A stretch of 64,000 nt of DNA from Lama glama (Eukaryota). The stretch is from positions 8,618,001 to 8,682,000 of the forward strand of contig CM052839.1 of the NCBI GenBank assembly GCA_028534125.1, read 5' to 3'. Made by a program: the position numbers and the translations under genes. The notes below the pieces were generated by a model that worked only from the letters and a program-made list of their open reading frames with translations, was not told the origin of the DNA and did no database searches. This document shows, in pieces, positions 12,570-24,849 of the stretch. Within the stretch, counting starts at the first letter, position 1; every line of letters begins with the position of its first letter.

Positions 12570-14560
12570 GAACCATCTGGGAGTGTGTTACAGAATATAA
12601 CACAAAGCATTTCTATGATGCCAGAAATGAGGGAAAGAGGTAAAGGGGATTCCCTGAATGATAGTAGTGAGAAGACCCAGGATATCTTGGTCTGTGCAAC
12701 AGACTGAGAGAAGCACCATTCCAGAACAGAGCTAGTGGTTAGGAGAGAAGATAGAATGATGTGTTTTCCTACATGAATAACTGCACTGAGAGTCACACTG
12801 CTGGAGAGCGTGAGATTTAGTCGAAGGGAATCTAAGCAATGGAAAAAGTAAGGCGATTATTAACTCCAGGAAAACTAAAAGTAATACAAAGAAAGGAAGC
12901 ATAATTATAATGCGTTACTGAATGTGTACATAACCATAATAATGTAGACATTGGTTGTTAATATAAACAAACTGTATGATTTACCTATAAGGAAGATGGG
13001 AGAGGGAAGAGGTGGAATGTAAGAGGTAGATCCCTGTATAATGGAAGAGGAAATAACTATGTATCTAAAATTGATGGAATTTAGAAACTATAGTATGAGC
13101 AAGTCATTTTAAAATGTGGAGGTTAATGATGGAGTATCAGAATGGAAAGGCAGAGTTGCTGTGTTTTTATTATAAACTTTTTTAGAATTATTTGAATTTT
13201 TAAATTTGTGCATGAATCATTTTGATGCAACAATTTTGTTTAATTTTTAGGTTTGTAGGTTCTATTATAACTTGAGGGGTGTTTCTAAATAGTAAACAGA
13301 AATCTGTTAATTAGAATAACAGGGTTTATTCAGTAAAAAAAGAATTCAGCTAACTTTATAAATAGAGTTCTTTGTCTACCCTTAGTTGGATGTGTTCCCA
13401 AGATGATGAACTGCAGAAATCTCAAATTCTCCTGTGTTGGTTTGTCTTTGGGAGTGTTATTAGTAGAGTAATTCTGAATCTGTTGTGCGTGTTAGTAAGA
13501 GAGACTGAGTAAATTTATTGACGCTCTTAGGAACCAGGGAGATACAGATAGCAAATGCGAAAAGTAAGGACAAACTTGATGGTGTTAGATTTGAATTAGA
13601 AGTATCACTGTAGACTCATGATTTAAAAATAATGACTTTCTTGCTTTTAACCAGTGAAAGAGCCTAGAAGCTGTGATACACCAGTATTTGAGCACAACTT
13701 AGCACCCAGATCTTAGTTTCTAAATACTGTTCATCACAAACAGGAACCAGGATTCCTCATGGGAACAGCTAATTCCAGGTTTAGGGCAGAGAAATAGAAG
13801 GCAAGTCTAGAACGTCTTGTGTCGGAAGTCAAGGGAATGTGCAAACGATGAGGGCTGGCTCAGAGGGACTTTCACTGTCAAATCTAGGGGCAGCGGAAGC
13901 AATTAGAGTGATGATGCTGTTGTAATAGACACTGGATTTTTTAAGTGCATTTGTGAGTCCACATCAATAGTCAAAAAAGGCAGAAGTGAGGTGGAGAAGG
14001 GGGTATCTTGCCAATAAATGTAGAAGAATGATAGAATTATGAAGTCATCACTTTGCAGCCACCTTACAATCATTTCAGAGTCATCAGTGGATGCTAAACT
14101 CTTGGGTGAAAGGTTGTGGGGAGTAGGATACTCACAGTCTCGACTTACCAAATTATTGATTACAAAGGAGGAAAGATACTTGAGCAAAGTGATCACACTT
14201 AGCATCACCAGTGTGAGTGACGACCTAGCACCGCACGGCTCCGAACGTGAAGTAACACATCACCCCAGATCTAACGGAGAGAAACCATCAGAGTATTTCA
14301 GATTGATGGGCAGTCTGTAAGACAGCGTCCTAGGCCTTCTGGAAGTGTCATGGAAGAAAGAAAAGGATGGGAGAACTGTTGTAGGTTAAAGGAGGCTGAA
14401 GAGACGTGACAACTAAATGTAGTTTGTGGTTTCGAGTGGATTCTTGATCAGAACACATACAGCTCTAAGGATGGTTTCAGGATTATGAGGGGGATTTTTT
14501 TTTCCTGCTTTTCTGTAGGTTTTAAATCTTTCAAAATGGAAAGTTGGTGTGGGGGACACA
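12570..14560 (+). mobile_element. Old L1 (L1MC/L1MD-like) 3' region, fragmented
   Basis: Diagnostic pieces include 'cccagatcttagtttctaaatactgttc...caggaaccagg', 'gtgatcacacttagcatcaccagt' and 'aaaggaggctgaagagacgtgacaactaaatg'. Confidence 0.7.
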
Positions 14561-15404
14561 CAGGGAAAATGTAAACAGTGAAGTTTCCCCTGGATGAGTG
14601 TCTCAGTTCACATTTTAGTATGTTGTCTAAGGAGTGACTACAAACCTGGTGAAATGTCTAGGTGTGCCCCCTGGTAAGCCCTTTCCAATCTGGTATGAAA
14701 CCATAGGAAGATCTTGAAAGCTGAAGACATCTTATTTGTGCAAGATTTGGTGCATCAGGCAGACGTGAGATTTGCTGCACAGATAGGGTCGTGGGGCTCC
14801 GGCCGCTCAGGAAAGCAACACTGTTCCCATGGTGGCTTTTCTCTGGAGACCTAGGCCGTCAAGAAGACAACAAGCAAAACCAAGCATTGCCCACCCACAT
14901 ATTACACTGTGTGCTTCCTCAGCTGGAATACTTTGTGAGCTTCACAAACATCACAGTTTAGATTTCCATCCTGAAAATCATCATGCTGTGGTGAAACTGT
15001 TTGGATGTTTATCTTTGCACTAGACCTTGGGCTTCCTGAGGTCTTTCGACTGTGTCTTTCGATTCTGATTCCCAGCAGCTAGCAAAGTGGTGGACTTTGA
15101 ATTGGATTTATTTGAAAGGCAACTGTAGTCACTTGGATGAGGGTGTTCTGAGTCCTCAAACTTTTTTTTAAAGGACTTGTCAGTCTGGAAAGAAGAAATC
15201 TGAGTAAAGATAGAAAGTTTATTTGATTGTGAATGGCAGACATAGGGTTCACTTGGACTTGCTCCTCATGGTCTACAACATTCAAATGTCTAGGAACATT
15301 AAAAAGAAATGTTGTCCATCACATAGGTGAATTCCTTAAGGTGAGTAGCTCACGGCCATGTGCTACTGAGTCATCATTCATTTTGCAAAATCTCTCCCAT
15401 ACCC

Positions 15405-15790
15405 TGTACAATGAAATATTATTCAGCCAGAAACAGGAGTGAGGTACTGAGACATAGTACACTACAGATGAACCTTGAAACATTATGTCAAAGGAAAGAA
15501 GCCAGACCCCAAAGACCGTTTGTATGAAATGTCTAGAAGAGGCAAGTCTGTACAGACAGATAACAGATGAGTGGTTGCCAGGGATTAGGGGTTTGGGAGG
15601 AAGGGGGAGAGACTGTTTAACGGTGGGGGAGGTTTCCTTCCAGGTGGCAAGAAAGTTCTGGAGTTCGCTGGCAGCAGTGGTTGTGGAACATTGTGCACGC
15701 GATTAATGCCAATGAGTGTACGTGGTAAAATGGTAAATTTTATGCTATGTGTATTTTACTACAATTTTTTAAAAAAAGAAAAACCATTAA
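15405..15790 (+). mobile_element. L1MB 3' end
   Basis: 'acaatgaaatattattcagcc...gatgaaccttgaaacattatg...gaagccagac...gtggttgccaggg...ggtaaattttatgctatgtgtattttactacaattttt'. Confidence 0.88.
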
Positions 15791-17730
15791 AAATAGGGAG
15801 TAATTTCTCTCGGATCCTGTGATTTTAAGCAGCATAGGCAATTTGGGAAGGCTAGGGGGTTCCTGGTTTTATGTAGAATGACAGTAGGTTAATAACTCGG
15901 GTAAGTTGGGACACATCTGACTTTTGAAGCTGCTAATGAGGAGAGACATTTCTTTCTGAGTCTGTCCCTCCTTGTCCGTCATAAAGCTGGCAAGGATAGG
16001 ACACTGGGTCCCACTCAGTGTGGCCATTCCTGTAGTGCCACCATTGCCAGGTAGCAAGTGAGAAGCTCTGGGGAGCCTGTTCACTTCCTGGCCTTCCTGG
16101 TTTCTGAGTTTGTTTTCTTTTTCCTAAAATACTTGATTTGGATGCGTGTGAAATCAACCCGCAGACCTGCAGCGCCTGGGAGGCCCCCCACTGAGCATGT
16201 GATAAGAGTTTTGTAAAGAGCAGTGAGCGAGCGTGGCCAGTGTTCGTGGTTTGTGGTCATCGCTCGCTGAAATTGTTGCTTCCGTGGTACCTCTCAAGAG
16301 TTCTTCATTTTCCATGACACGCCAGAGTGCTGGGGCTGAGGTTCAGTGGGATGGGTGGGCAGGGAGCTGGACTGTCTGTGCTCCCGCGGTCACACGTGTT
16401 CCAGCAAGGAGAGACAGAGCAGGGGAGGGCGAAAGAAAGGAAATGGAAGTGATGAGAGAGGAGCAGGGAGGGCAGTGCTGAAAGGCAAAGAAGAGAGGCT
16501 TCCTGACTCGGATTGCTCATGGTGGCGGAATCAGCAGTGCCGTTTCCAGAGCTCCTGAACCAGTCATAAACGTGGAAAGCAGGGATGCTTGTATTAGGCA
16601 TTGCAGGCGGCCAGGTGGTAGCAGAAAGCTGGGGAAAAGCCACACGTCAGAACGCTCCTTTCCCCACCTCTGTGAAGCCCTTGACTTAGTGATTCCATCG
16701 TTGACAGAGCCGTGCAGGCCAGGAATCACAAATCCGAAGCCCCGTCAGGGGAGGTGAGGGCTGCAGCCCAGGCGTGGAGCAGCTGGGAGTGACGGGGGCC
16801 CTGGGAGCTGGCACACGTGTGCCCGTCCGGACAGCGTGCCCGCCCCTCAGCCCCCTGAGCCTTGGGCTGGGGCCGCCACCTTGTTGCTTGATTTTTTTTT
16901 TTTTGAAGAAAAAGAGAAATATGATTTTTTGTGCTGTTTGCCAACTTTTAAAAAGTCTGCCTGGGTCAAGACATAACTGCAGGCTGGACCTGGCTCCCTG
17001 ACTGCTAAGTTATGACCAGTGACTTAAGTCAACAGATTACTAATATTATCGGGTGCAAAGGCTGGGTATGGTGTTGGTGGGGCAGGGGGAGGTCAAAGAA
17101 TTTGTTTTACTCACCTTTCAGAACAACATAATAATATAATCACCAGGAAGTTACCCTTATTAGGGAAATTAGAGCGTCGATGGGGAAATAATTTTATACC
17201 CTGGGTGGGGGAGGGCGCCGGGACAGGCAGGCCTGGATGAGGTGTGACGCTGTGGACCTTGGCAGGCCGGGGGCGCTGGCGTGGGATCTCAGGGTGCCTG
17301 GGTGCTGGGCAGAGGAGGACCCGGTGGTGGGAATGGAGCATGGGAAGGAGAGGAGGGAGGGAGGGAAGGAGGAAGGAAGGAAGTCTGGTATCAAAGACAG
17401 ACTGTTCGACTTCCACATTTTACCTGGAACCCCCTTGCCATCCAGCCCCCTGCTCCCCGAAATCAAATGCAGAACAGCCCCCTTTGCTTAAAGGTGAAAC
17501 CTCCGCACAAGTGCGAGAGCGCTGTATCTGTGCAGCACAAACCTCGGGGCGTGAGCAGGTGGGCTAACTTCGTCTCACGTGGTCAGTTTTATGTTTTGTA
17601 ACTTACTGCACTGAACCGCTCATCGATTCTCATGCTTGGGCCTCATCGTTTGTTGCTTATGTACATTTACCTGCTCCTTAAAAAAAAAAAGAAAAATTTT
17701 AAAAGTTAAGGGAACCCGGGTGAACATTAA

Positions 17731-17855
17731 CTTTTGGGGGGGGTTAGGTTTATTTATTTATTCATTATTTTTTTATTTATCAGAGTACTGGGAATCAAAC
17801 CCTGACTGCGTGCTTGCTAAGCGTGCGCTCCGCCACTGAGCTATACCCTCCCCCC
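17731..17855 (-). mobile_element. tRNA-Ala-derived SINE (vic-1-like)
   Basis: Reverse-strand body 'gtactgggaatcaaaccctgac...gctaagcgtgcgctccgccactgagctataccctccccc' with a TTTA tail. Confidence 0.88.
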
Positions 17856-18699
17856 AACTTTATTTTTTAATCAGGTAGAATTGATTGTGATGCTGTTCAA
17901 AAAATAACCCAAACCAAGATGAAACAGGAGCACAAGCATCGTTCCCCCAGTGCAGGAGTGAGCACAGCCTGAATTCAGTAGCGGAAGAGGGGCCGGGAGT
18001 GGCGGATGGGGAGGCCTGGGGAGCAGGGGGGCGGGCCGCTGGGCGAGTGTAGCCCGAGTGGTCTGTGACAGTCGACGCGTGAGCGCTTATCCGTTCCCAG
18101 TCGGGAACCACACTTCTCCCTCCCCTTCCTGGTCTGACATCCTGATCTGATGGCAGAATTTATGTTAAGTTCTGGAAAAGTGGAAAGGGGGTAATGTGTG
18201 GGAACCTGTGAAATGATAAATCAGGACCTCCTTAAGGTCTAGGATTATTTTGGCTTCTTTCACTTTTGGGTTCTTTACAGGAGAGGCTTTGAGAGGCAGG
18301 AATATGGCTTAAAATGTGTGGAGTTTTGTTTTAGTTTTTTTTTTCCCTAAAGTAAAAACCAGTTACCGTGATCAGTTTGGCTGTTTAAATAGCCTCAGCT
18401 TCATGGTGGCTTCATCGTGGCTGTCTTGCACCTAGCAGGAGAGGGAACAGCTATAATTAACCCCTCTCCTCTGACTTCACTGTTTCTGGGTAAACTGAGC
18501 CCTATCCATCATGCCAAAGGCGCAGTAAAAACTTCGAGTCGTTGGGAGTATCCAAGCCAACAGTTTGGTTTGGTTTCTAAGGCTTCGTGTGGAAGAATCA
18601 AATCTCCACTGTTCCTTGAAAATGGAGACAGTTCATGTCTGGTGGTGCCGGTCGTCCTCAGACCTCTGCTCTCCTTTCTCAGAAATCATCTCCGTCCCC

Positions 18700-19650
18700 C
18701 AGCTCCAGTGACCCCTGCCACTCAGTGCCTCCTGCGCGTGCGCCCCTTATCCACACGTGTCCCTCTTGACCACCCCGTCCTTTCCTGGCACTTAACATGT
18801 CTCAGGCCACAGCCATCATTGCACCCCACTCCCTTAAACACACACCACAGGCACATGCCTAGATTCACCTGAAACCGACACGAATGGCTGGGCTCTCTGC
18901 AGTATCTGTGTTTGGCTCTGCTGTTCTTCAGCGGCTCCTGTGGACGACTGCGTTCATACTTGAGGCCTTCCTTTTCCTCCCACGCCGTCTGATGCCCAGG
19001 CCACAGCCTTTCTCACTCTCTCGGTCTCTCCCTCGTGCGTTCTCACCGTCACCAGCCACGTGCAGGCCCACCTGCTGCCATGGTACTTTGCTGAGCAGGC
19101 TTCCCAGTGTCCCCATCTCTGCCTGTCTCTGGTCTCACTTCTCTCCTGTGCAGCTAAGATTCGGCCACCCGTTGACCACTCTGAAACACCAACTGCATTT
19201 TACCAGGCCCTTGGCAGGAAGCCTTCCAGCGCTCCAGCCTGCCCCCAGGACACAGCCCACCGTCCTTGGCTCTGGACCTCGGGCCCTCCGCAGTCTATCT
19301 GCCGTCCACGTCATCTGCCGCCTTCTTCCTGTTCCCCCGAGGAAACCTCCTCTCCAGCCTGACCAGGGGTCTCCACTTCTCTGAGCATCACTTGTCTGTT
19401 TCCGCTTCTGAGCACCAGCTCACCTGGCGGCCTTCCTCCTGCGGCTGCTCTCCTTCCGGTCTCCCTCCAGCTCCGCCTGAGGGTTGGGTCTTGTAGCTAA
19501 TACTCTGTTCTTCCTCTGTGCCCCGTGTGTACTTCCACTCTTCAGTTTATTAACATACGTGAACATAGATGTCTTTGGGGAAGGACCCATGCTTTCCTTT
19601 GTGTGGTCCCCACACAGCATGGAATGAGGCCGGTGCAGAAACGAGTGAGC
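18700..19650 (+). mobile_element. Highly degenerate L2 fragments
   Basis: C/T-rich L2-like sequence including 'ggaaacctcctctcc' and 3'-end-like 'ggaaggacccatgctttcctttgtg...ccccacacagc'. Confidence 0.45.
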
Positions 19651-21859
19651 CTGGACTGGAGGGGTGTTAAGTTAGAACCCTCTCTCTGGAAGGGGTCGGC
19701 CCCAGGTGATGTTGCCAAGTAGCTAGGTGAGCCCACCTTGATTTTTCAGGGAAAGCCAGAAGCCTTAATTTCATGTGAAATTGCTTAATTAAAATTTTTT
19801 CACATCATAGTTCAGAGGTGGTCTCTACCAGGGGAACGTAGTTTCTGAAAATTAAAATTTAAAGACTATCTCATGTGCAACGTGGACATAAAATAGTAAC
19901 ACATTCTGTGTACAAATACAAGACAGAGTTAACAATTATGCTCTTCAGGATGAATTTGGGATCTGTAAAGGTAGAGCTTCTGGAAAACCAGGAATTGAAT
20001 GTTCCTCCAGTGAACTTGGGATTTAAATGATAGTCCAATGGCAGTGGCTGTCACTCTTTCCTTTTATAGGTGAATTGGATACTGTGACACACCTGTTCAT
20101 TCACATGACCAGATGCCTTTAACAGCACCTTGTTATTTTCACTTTATGAAAATATTCTCATAAAACAAATTCTTAAATGGAACTTTTCCAGATTGACGTT
20201 ACAAGGGGCAGGTCTGTTTAGTGGGGTTGTTCAGTGCCGAGAGTGTCTGTATGTTGTGGGGAAATCACAGCCCTTTCCAGGTTAGATGAATGAGAAGGTC
20301 ACTGGCAAGGATGACACAGCCACCCTCTTTAAGAGGCTGAGAGAACAGGAGTAGCCGGCCTCAGCAGGTGTTGGGAGAATCCCCACACACGTGCAGATCC
20401 CAAGTGAGCTATTATTTATTACCTTTGGGCTTCTGCAACATTGTCATCTTTCATCGGTCTGTCACAGTTTTGTCGAGTCCCTCCAGCGATGTGGCACTAC
20501 GGGGAGGATCCCAAGATGCATTGACCATAGTCCCGCCCTCATATGGCTTTAAGTCCAGTGGGAGAGAGAAACATCCTAAGCACAGAAATACAGGAGAGAG
20601 TGCCACGAGTGTCCCTTAGTCCCTAGATGACCAATTTAAAAAGTTCATGGTGATAAGAGGAAGAAGTTTCCCCAGTGCTTCCAAAGATACACAGTATCTC
20701 GTGCACGCTTAACATCACCTCCGCAGGCAAGTTTGACTCCAGTCTTGTCTCTCTTCTACCCATGATATGAGAAACCAGACACATTCCTGGGCTCTTAGAG
20801 GGAAAGCCCTTTCTGAGCATTGACCAACAGACTGAGCACAAATCAGGAAGAGGGAGTGCTTTCCTACCGTGTTTAATGACGTTCCTGCAAGTTTTCCTGG
20901 TGTGTTCATGGAAGCACCGTGACTTGTTACTTGGTGGTGGAGGGGCAGAGGACGTGAAGACGCGTCATGTACTCGTCTGCCCGAGCCGGGGCTGTGCGCG
21001 GAGGTGCGGTGTCGAGGGCTGGCGTTCACGAGACGGACCCAGAGCTCCGGACCCAAAGCTGGTTCTCCCGCTTCGGTGCTCACCTGCAGTGCTTTGTAAA
21101 TGCAAACACCTGAGCCTCACACACACACCCCCCAATTCAGGGCGTCTTGGGCCTTGTTGTCTAACAAGCACCCCCGATGTCCTGAAATTGGTGATCCTTG
21201 GGGACTGTCCCTCCAAAAGCTTTGGTCTGCAAGTGGGAGAGAGAAAATGGCAGACAAAACAGAACTGCAGAAATAGAGCGGGTGTGATCAGGGCCATCTG
21301 GGGGTCCATCCAAAGTGCTGCGGAGGTCGAGGGTACCGAGGGAGCCCCTTTCCAGCCTCAGTTCCTGGAAGGCATTTGAGTTGGTGGAGAAAAGATGGGT
21401 GGGATTTTGATGGTTTGAAACGAGTAAGGAACTTCAGGCTAAGGGAGTGGAATGGATGAAGCCCTGAGTTGGGGAGGGCAGTGGGTTTTTGGAGGATCTC
21501 ATCAAGTTTCTCTCCAACTTCCAAACCTTCGTTGTCACCCGGCATTCAGGGTAAAGTCTAGACTGCAGAGCTTGGTTTCTGTAGCCCAACAGATCTAATT
21601 CCATGCCCTCGACCATGCTGTCCACCAAAATGCACGTGTGTGCCCTCGCTGTCACACACACACACACACACGCGTGTGCCCTCTCTCCCCCGCAGACTGA
21701 GATAGCCATCTCGAGCTAGCTGCCAGCCCCTTTAGGCTGTCCTTTATTTTGGTGGCTTTGCACATATCACTCCCCCCCCCCCCAGAATACCTGTTCCTCA
21801 TTTCCCCTTGCTGACTTTTTGGACCTTCAGCGTCTAGCATAGAACTCACATCCGCCAGA

Positions 21860-22180
21860 GCAGTGCAGGGTGGCTCCCGGGGAGTCTCCTTAGACTGCAG
21901 ATTCTGATGCAGGGGGTCTGGAGTAGGGCTTGAGATTCTGCGTGTCCAACTCGCTCCCAGGAGACGTGGAGGCTGCTGCTCCAAGGACCGCACACTGAGC
22001 AGGAAGGATGGAGAACAGCAGTTTTCTACTCCGCTACACATCTGAATCCCCTGGAGAGTTTCTAAAATTCCCAGTGCCTGGATTCCTCTTTTCCTATAAA
22101 TCCTGATTTAATGGCTCTGAGTTATAGTACACTGGGATTTTTCAGAGGGATTCTGATGTTCAAGTGGAAAACCACTGCGA
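21860..22180. mobile_element. Tandem MER5A/MER5-like hAT-Charlie MITEs
   Basis: 'gcagattctgatgcagggggtctggagtagggcttgagattctgc...ctcccaggaga...gctgctgctccaaggaccgcacactgag', then a second copy ending 'gattctgatg...gaaaaccactg'. Confidence 0.8.
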
Positions 22181-22309
22181 CTAGAAAGTCCTCCCTGCCT
22201 CGGCAGGTCCAGGTTGTGATGGAGACCGCCAGCGTGCTCGTCTGCGGGCAGGCACCACCATTGCCTGCGTTTCTCTCTGCACTCTAAACTGCCCAAGAGC
22301 AGGTGCTGT

Positions 22310-22445
22310 GTCATTTGTTCATTCATTTGTCTGTTCATTCAGGAAGGGCTTACAGAGCATCTTTTCTGTGCTCTGCACTGTGCAAAGTACCAAAGATGCC
22401 AACCAGACCTGGTCCCCGGGCTCAGAGAATCTACAGCACAGAAAG
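22310..22445 (-). mobile_element. L2 3' end fragment
   Basis: 'tcatttgttcattcatt...ttacagagcatc...tgtgctctgcactgtgc'. Confidence 0.55.
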
Positions 22446-23191
22446 GGAAGCATCCATTCAGCACAGTGCCAGGCATGGTGGGCTCTTAGTGTTTACTGAA
22501 TGAATGAAGGAGATGAAAGAGGAGGGGAGGGAAGAAAGAATGGAAGAAAGATGGCAGGGGCATGCCCAATAGAAACAGGCATTTCATTGCTCTGGACTTC
22601 ATCTCCCCCCCCCAACACCGTCCCATTTCTAGCCATGGCCTTGTAGGAATGAATAGAAATGAACAAACAAGTGATGTTAATGTGGAGAAAACTTGACGAA
22701 TAAATATTGTCGAATATCCATTTCACCCTAATGCTCTTTGCACCGGCTCTGGTTACTGCCCCTCTAAGTGCTCAATTAAACATTTAGAGCAGCATCCTCC
22801 CTACTTGCTGTTGGACTATAGGTCTGGTTACCACTCCCTAACCAAAAGGGTTATCACCCGGGTTTGCACTCAGCCTTTGCTTTTCTGCAAGGTGCTGATT
22901 CTTGGTACTGGAAAGGTTAGAAGAGTTTTTTTTGAAATGCTCCTGTGCAGCTGTTTACAGATATGACCACCCATCAGCCTGAAATGTCACCCCTATTCAA
23001 AGCAATTGAGTATCCTTGAGGATAATCTCCTTTAAAGCCCAGAAATGTGGCACCAGGCTGCTTCAAGCTGAGAGAGAAAGCTTCCTCCAGGCTCCTATAG
23101 CAACTTTGTCTCAATAAACTTGAAAATAAATAGCCGAGGACCCCACCCCTCCAGCAGTGTTTCTGTATAGCTTTAGACATGTGTATCTAGG

Positions 23192-23193
<2 letters not shown>

Positions 23194-23255
<62 letters not shown>
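23194..23255. repeat. (GT)31 microsatellite
   Basis: Perfect dinucleotide run read directly from the sequence. Confidence 0.98.
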
Positions 23256-23257
<2 letters not shown>

Positions 23258-24849
23258 GATACACCACTGGAGTGCCTGCTGTATTAATTTATATTTTTCG
23301 AAACTCTTGAGGCAGATTTAGCTCATTTACTAATATATTTCCTTTCTCAAAAAAAAAAAAGCTTATTGAAGGGTTTTTCCTGATTTTGAATAGATTTACT
23401 GTAACAAAATGGTGAAATAGGGAACAGTAAACAAAATAAAAATCCATTGCCGACAATCACTCGTAACATTTTGGGTGTGTCTTTCCAGTCTTTTTTCTGT
23501 GTACACACGTAATATGTCTACATGTGTAACTTTTTAATACCATGTGGGATTCTATATTACATACCGTGTAACTTGCTTTTTGCAGTTCCTGGAGTCTGAA
23601 AAATTATAACGTCTTCACATAGTTTCCAAAACAATGACTGTAATGACTGTATAAGTTTTTGAAAAAGTGTATGTATTATATCTTTTTATATGACCTCCTG
23701 CTTTAAGTACGAGTAAGCATTTCTAGCATTTTTATTATAATATATTTATATTTATCATAAGATAAATTTTATTTTGGGTTTTGGGAACCACAGGAAACAA
23801 ACTCTTATTTTCAGTGGAGAAATACTGCACCTTACGAGATTTCGCGTCTCGGTCCTTTTGGGAGTGGCAGCTGAAAGCCTTTAAAGTTTGGTGTATTTTC
23901 CCTGAGGCAGGGAAAGAGAGAAACCACCCTTTTCAGCAGGAGCGTCCTGGGCCCTGGCTGCTGTGCTGGGTCAGACAGGATGGGACAGTAGTCCTTGCCT
24001 CAGAGCTTATGTTGCAGTGGGGGTTGGGGGGGCAGTAAACAGTAAACAGACCCATAAATGTAATAACTACCAGTTGTGACAGTCTAGACAGCCCGAAGGC
24101 CCTCTGGGTCGAAGGGCTCTGAAGAAGGATCCAGTTCTGCGTTGCTTATTTTATTAACATCATTAAGATGATCACCAGAGAGTGGTTTGGATAACATAAG
24201 CGCGTCTCGGTAATTATGACAGATGAATGAAATCCAATCCCATTAGCTCCATTTGAACCTGTTGTAAAATAGCCTCCAGTTACTCATAAACGTGGGCTAA
24301 GTGAAACTTCACTGAGGGTCTGGAACTGTCGCGGAAGAAAGCTGCGGTTCTCGCCCTCCACTTTTTTGTGTGAGCCTTCCCCTGCTCCCTCTGTGGGCGG
24401 TGCTGGTTAAGGTCACCAGAGCCCACCTGGAGTGGGTGATGCGTGAAAGTCAGCCCTCGTGGTCCGTGGGTGCTTTGGATGAAGGGGAATCGATGAGGTC
24501 TCTGATTCTCAGTCCTCCTCTCCGACTCCAACCCAAACCTCACCCCAGTGCCCCCCCCGTTCCCATGATGAAGCAGCAAAGACTGCTTACGGCCCACTTA
24601 TTTACCTAATAAACTGGCTCTTGTATCGCCTGGGAAATGCAAAAATTTTTTCACCAGGAAATCCTAGTAACAAGCAAACAGAGGTCCAGCAGTCAGGTCT
24701 GAAGGAACAAGGAACTGAAGGTCAGCTAATATGGCCATTCTTCTCCTCCCTGGTGGCCATGACAGCACAGGGGTTTATTTGAAGATCCCAGACTTCGAAT
24801 CGTTGCCTGCATTGTTAGCTGCCCCAGTATTTTAGGCTGTGCCAACAGT

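Noticed and set aside
15076-15340. Plus-strand exon ending in a perfect AAG|gtgagt donor
   Set aside because: The longest frame from the best acceptor stops before the donor, and the peptide is not recognisable.
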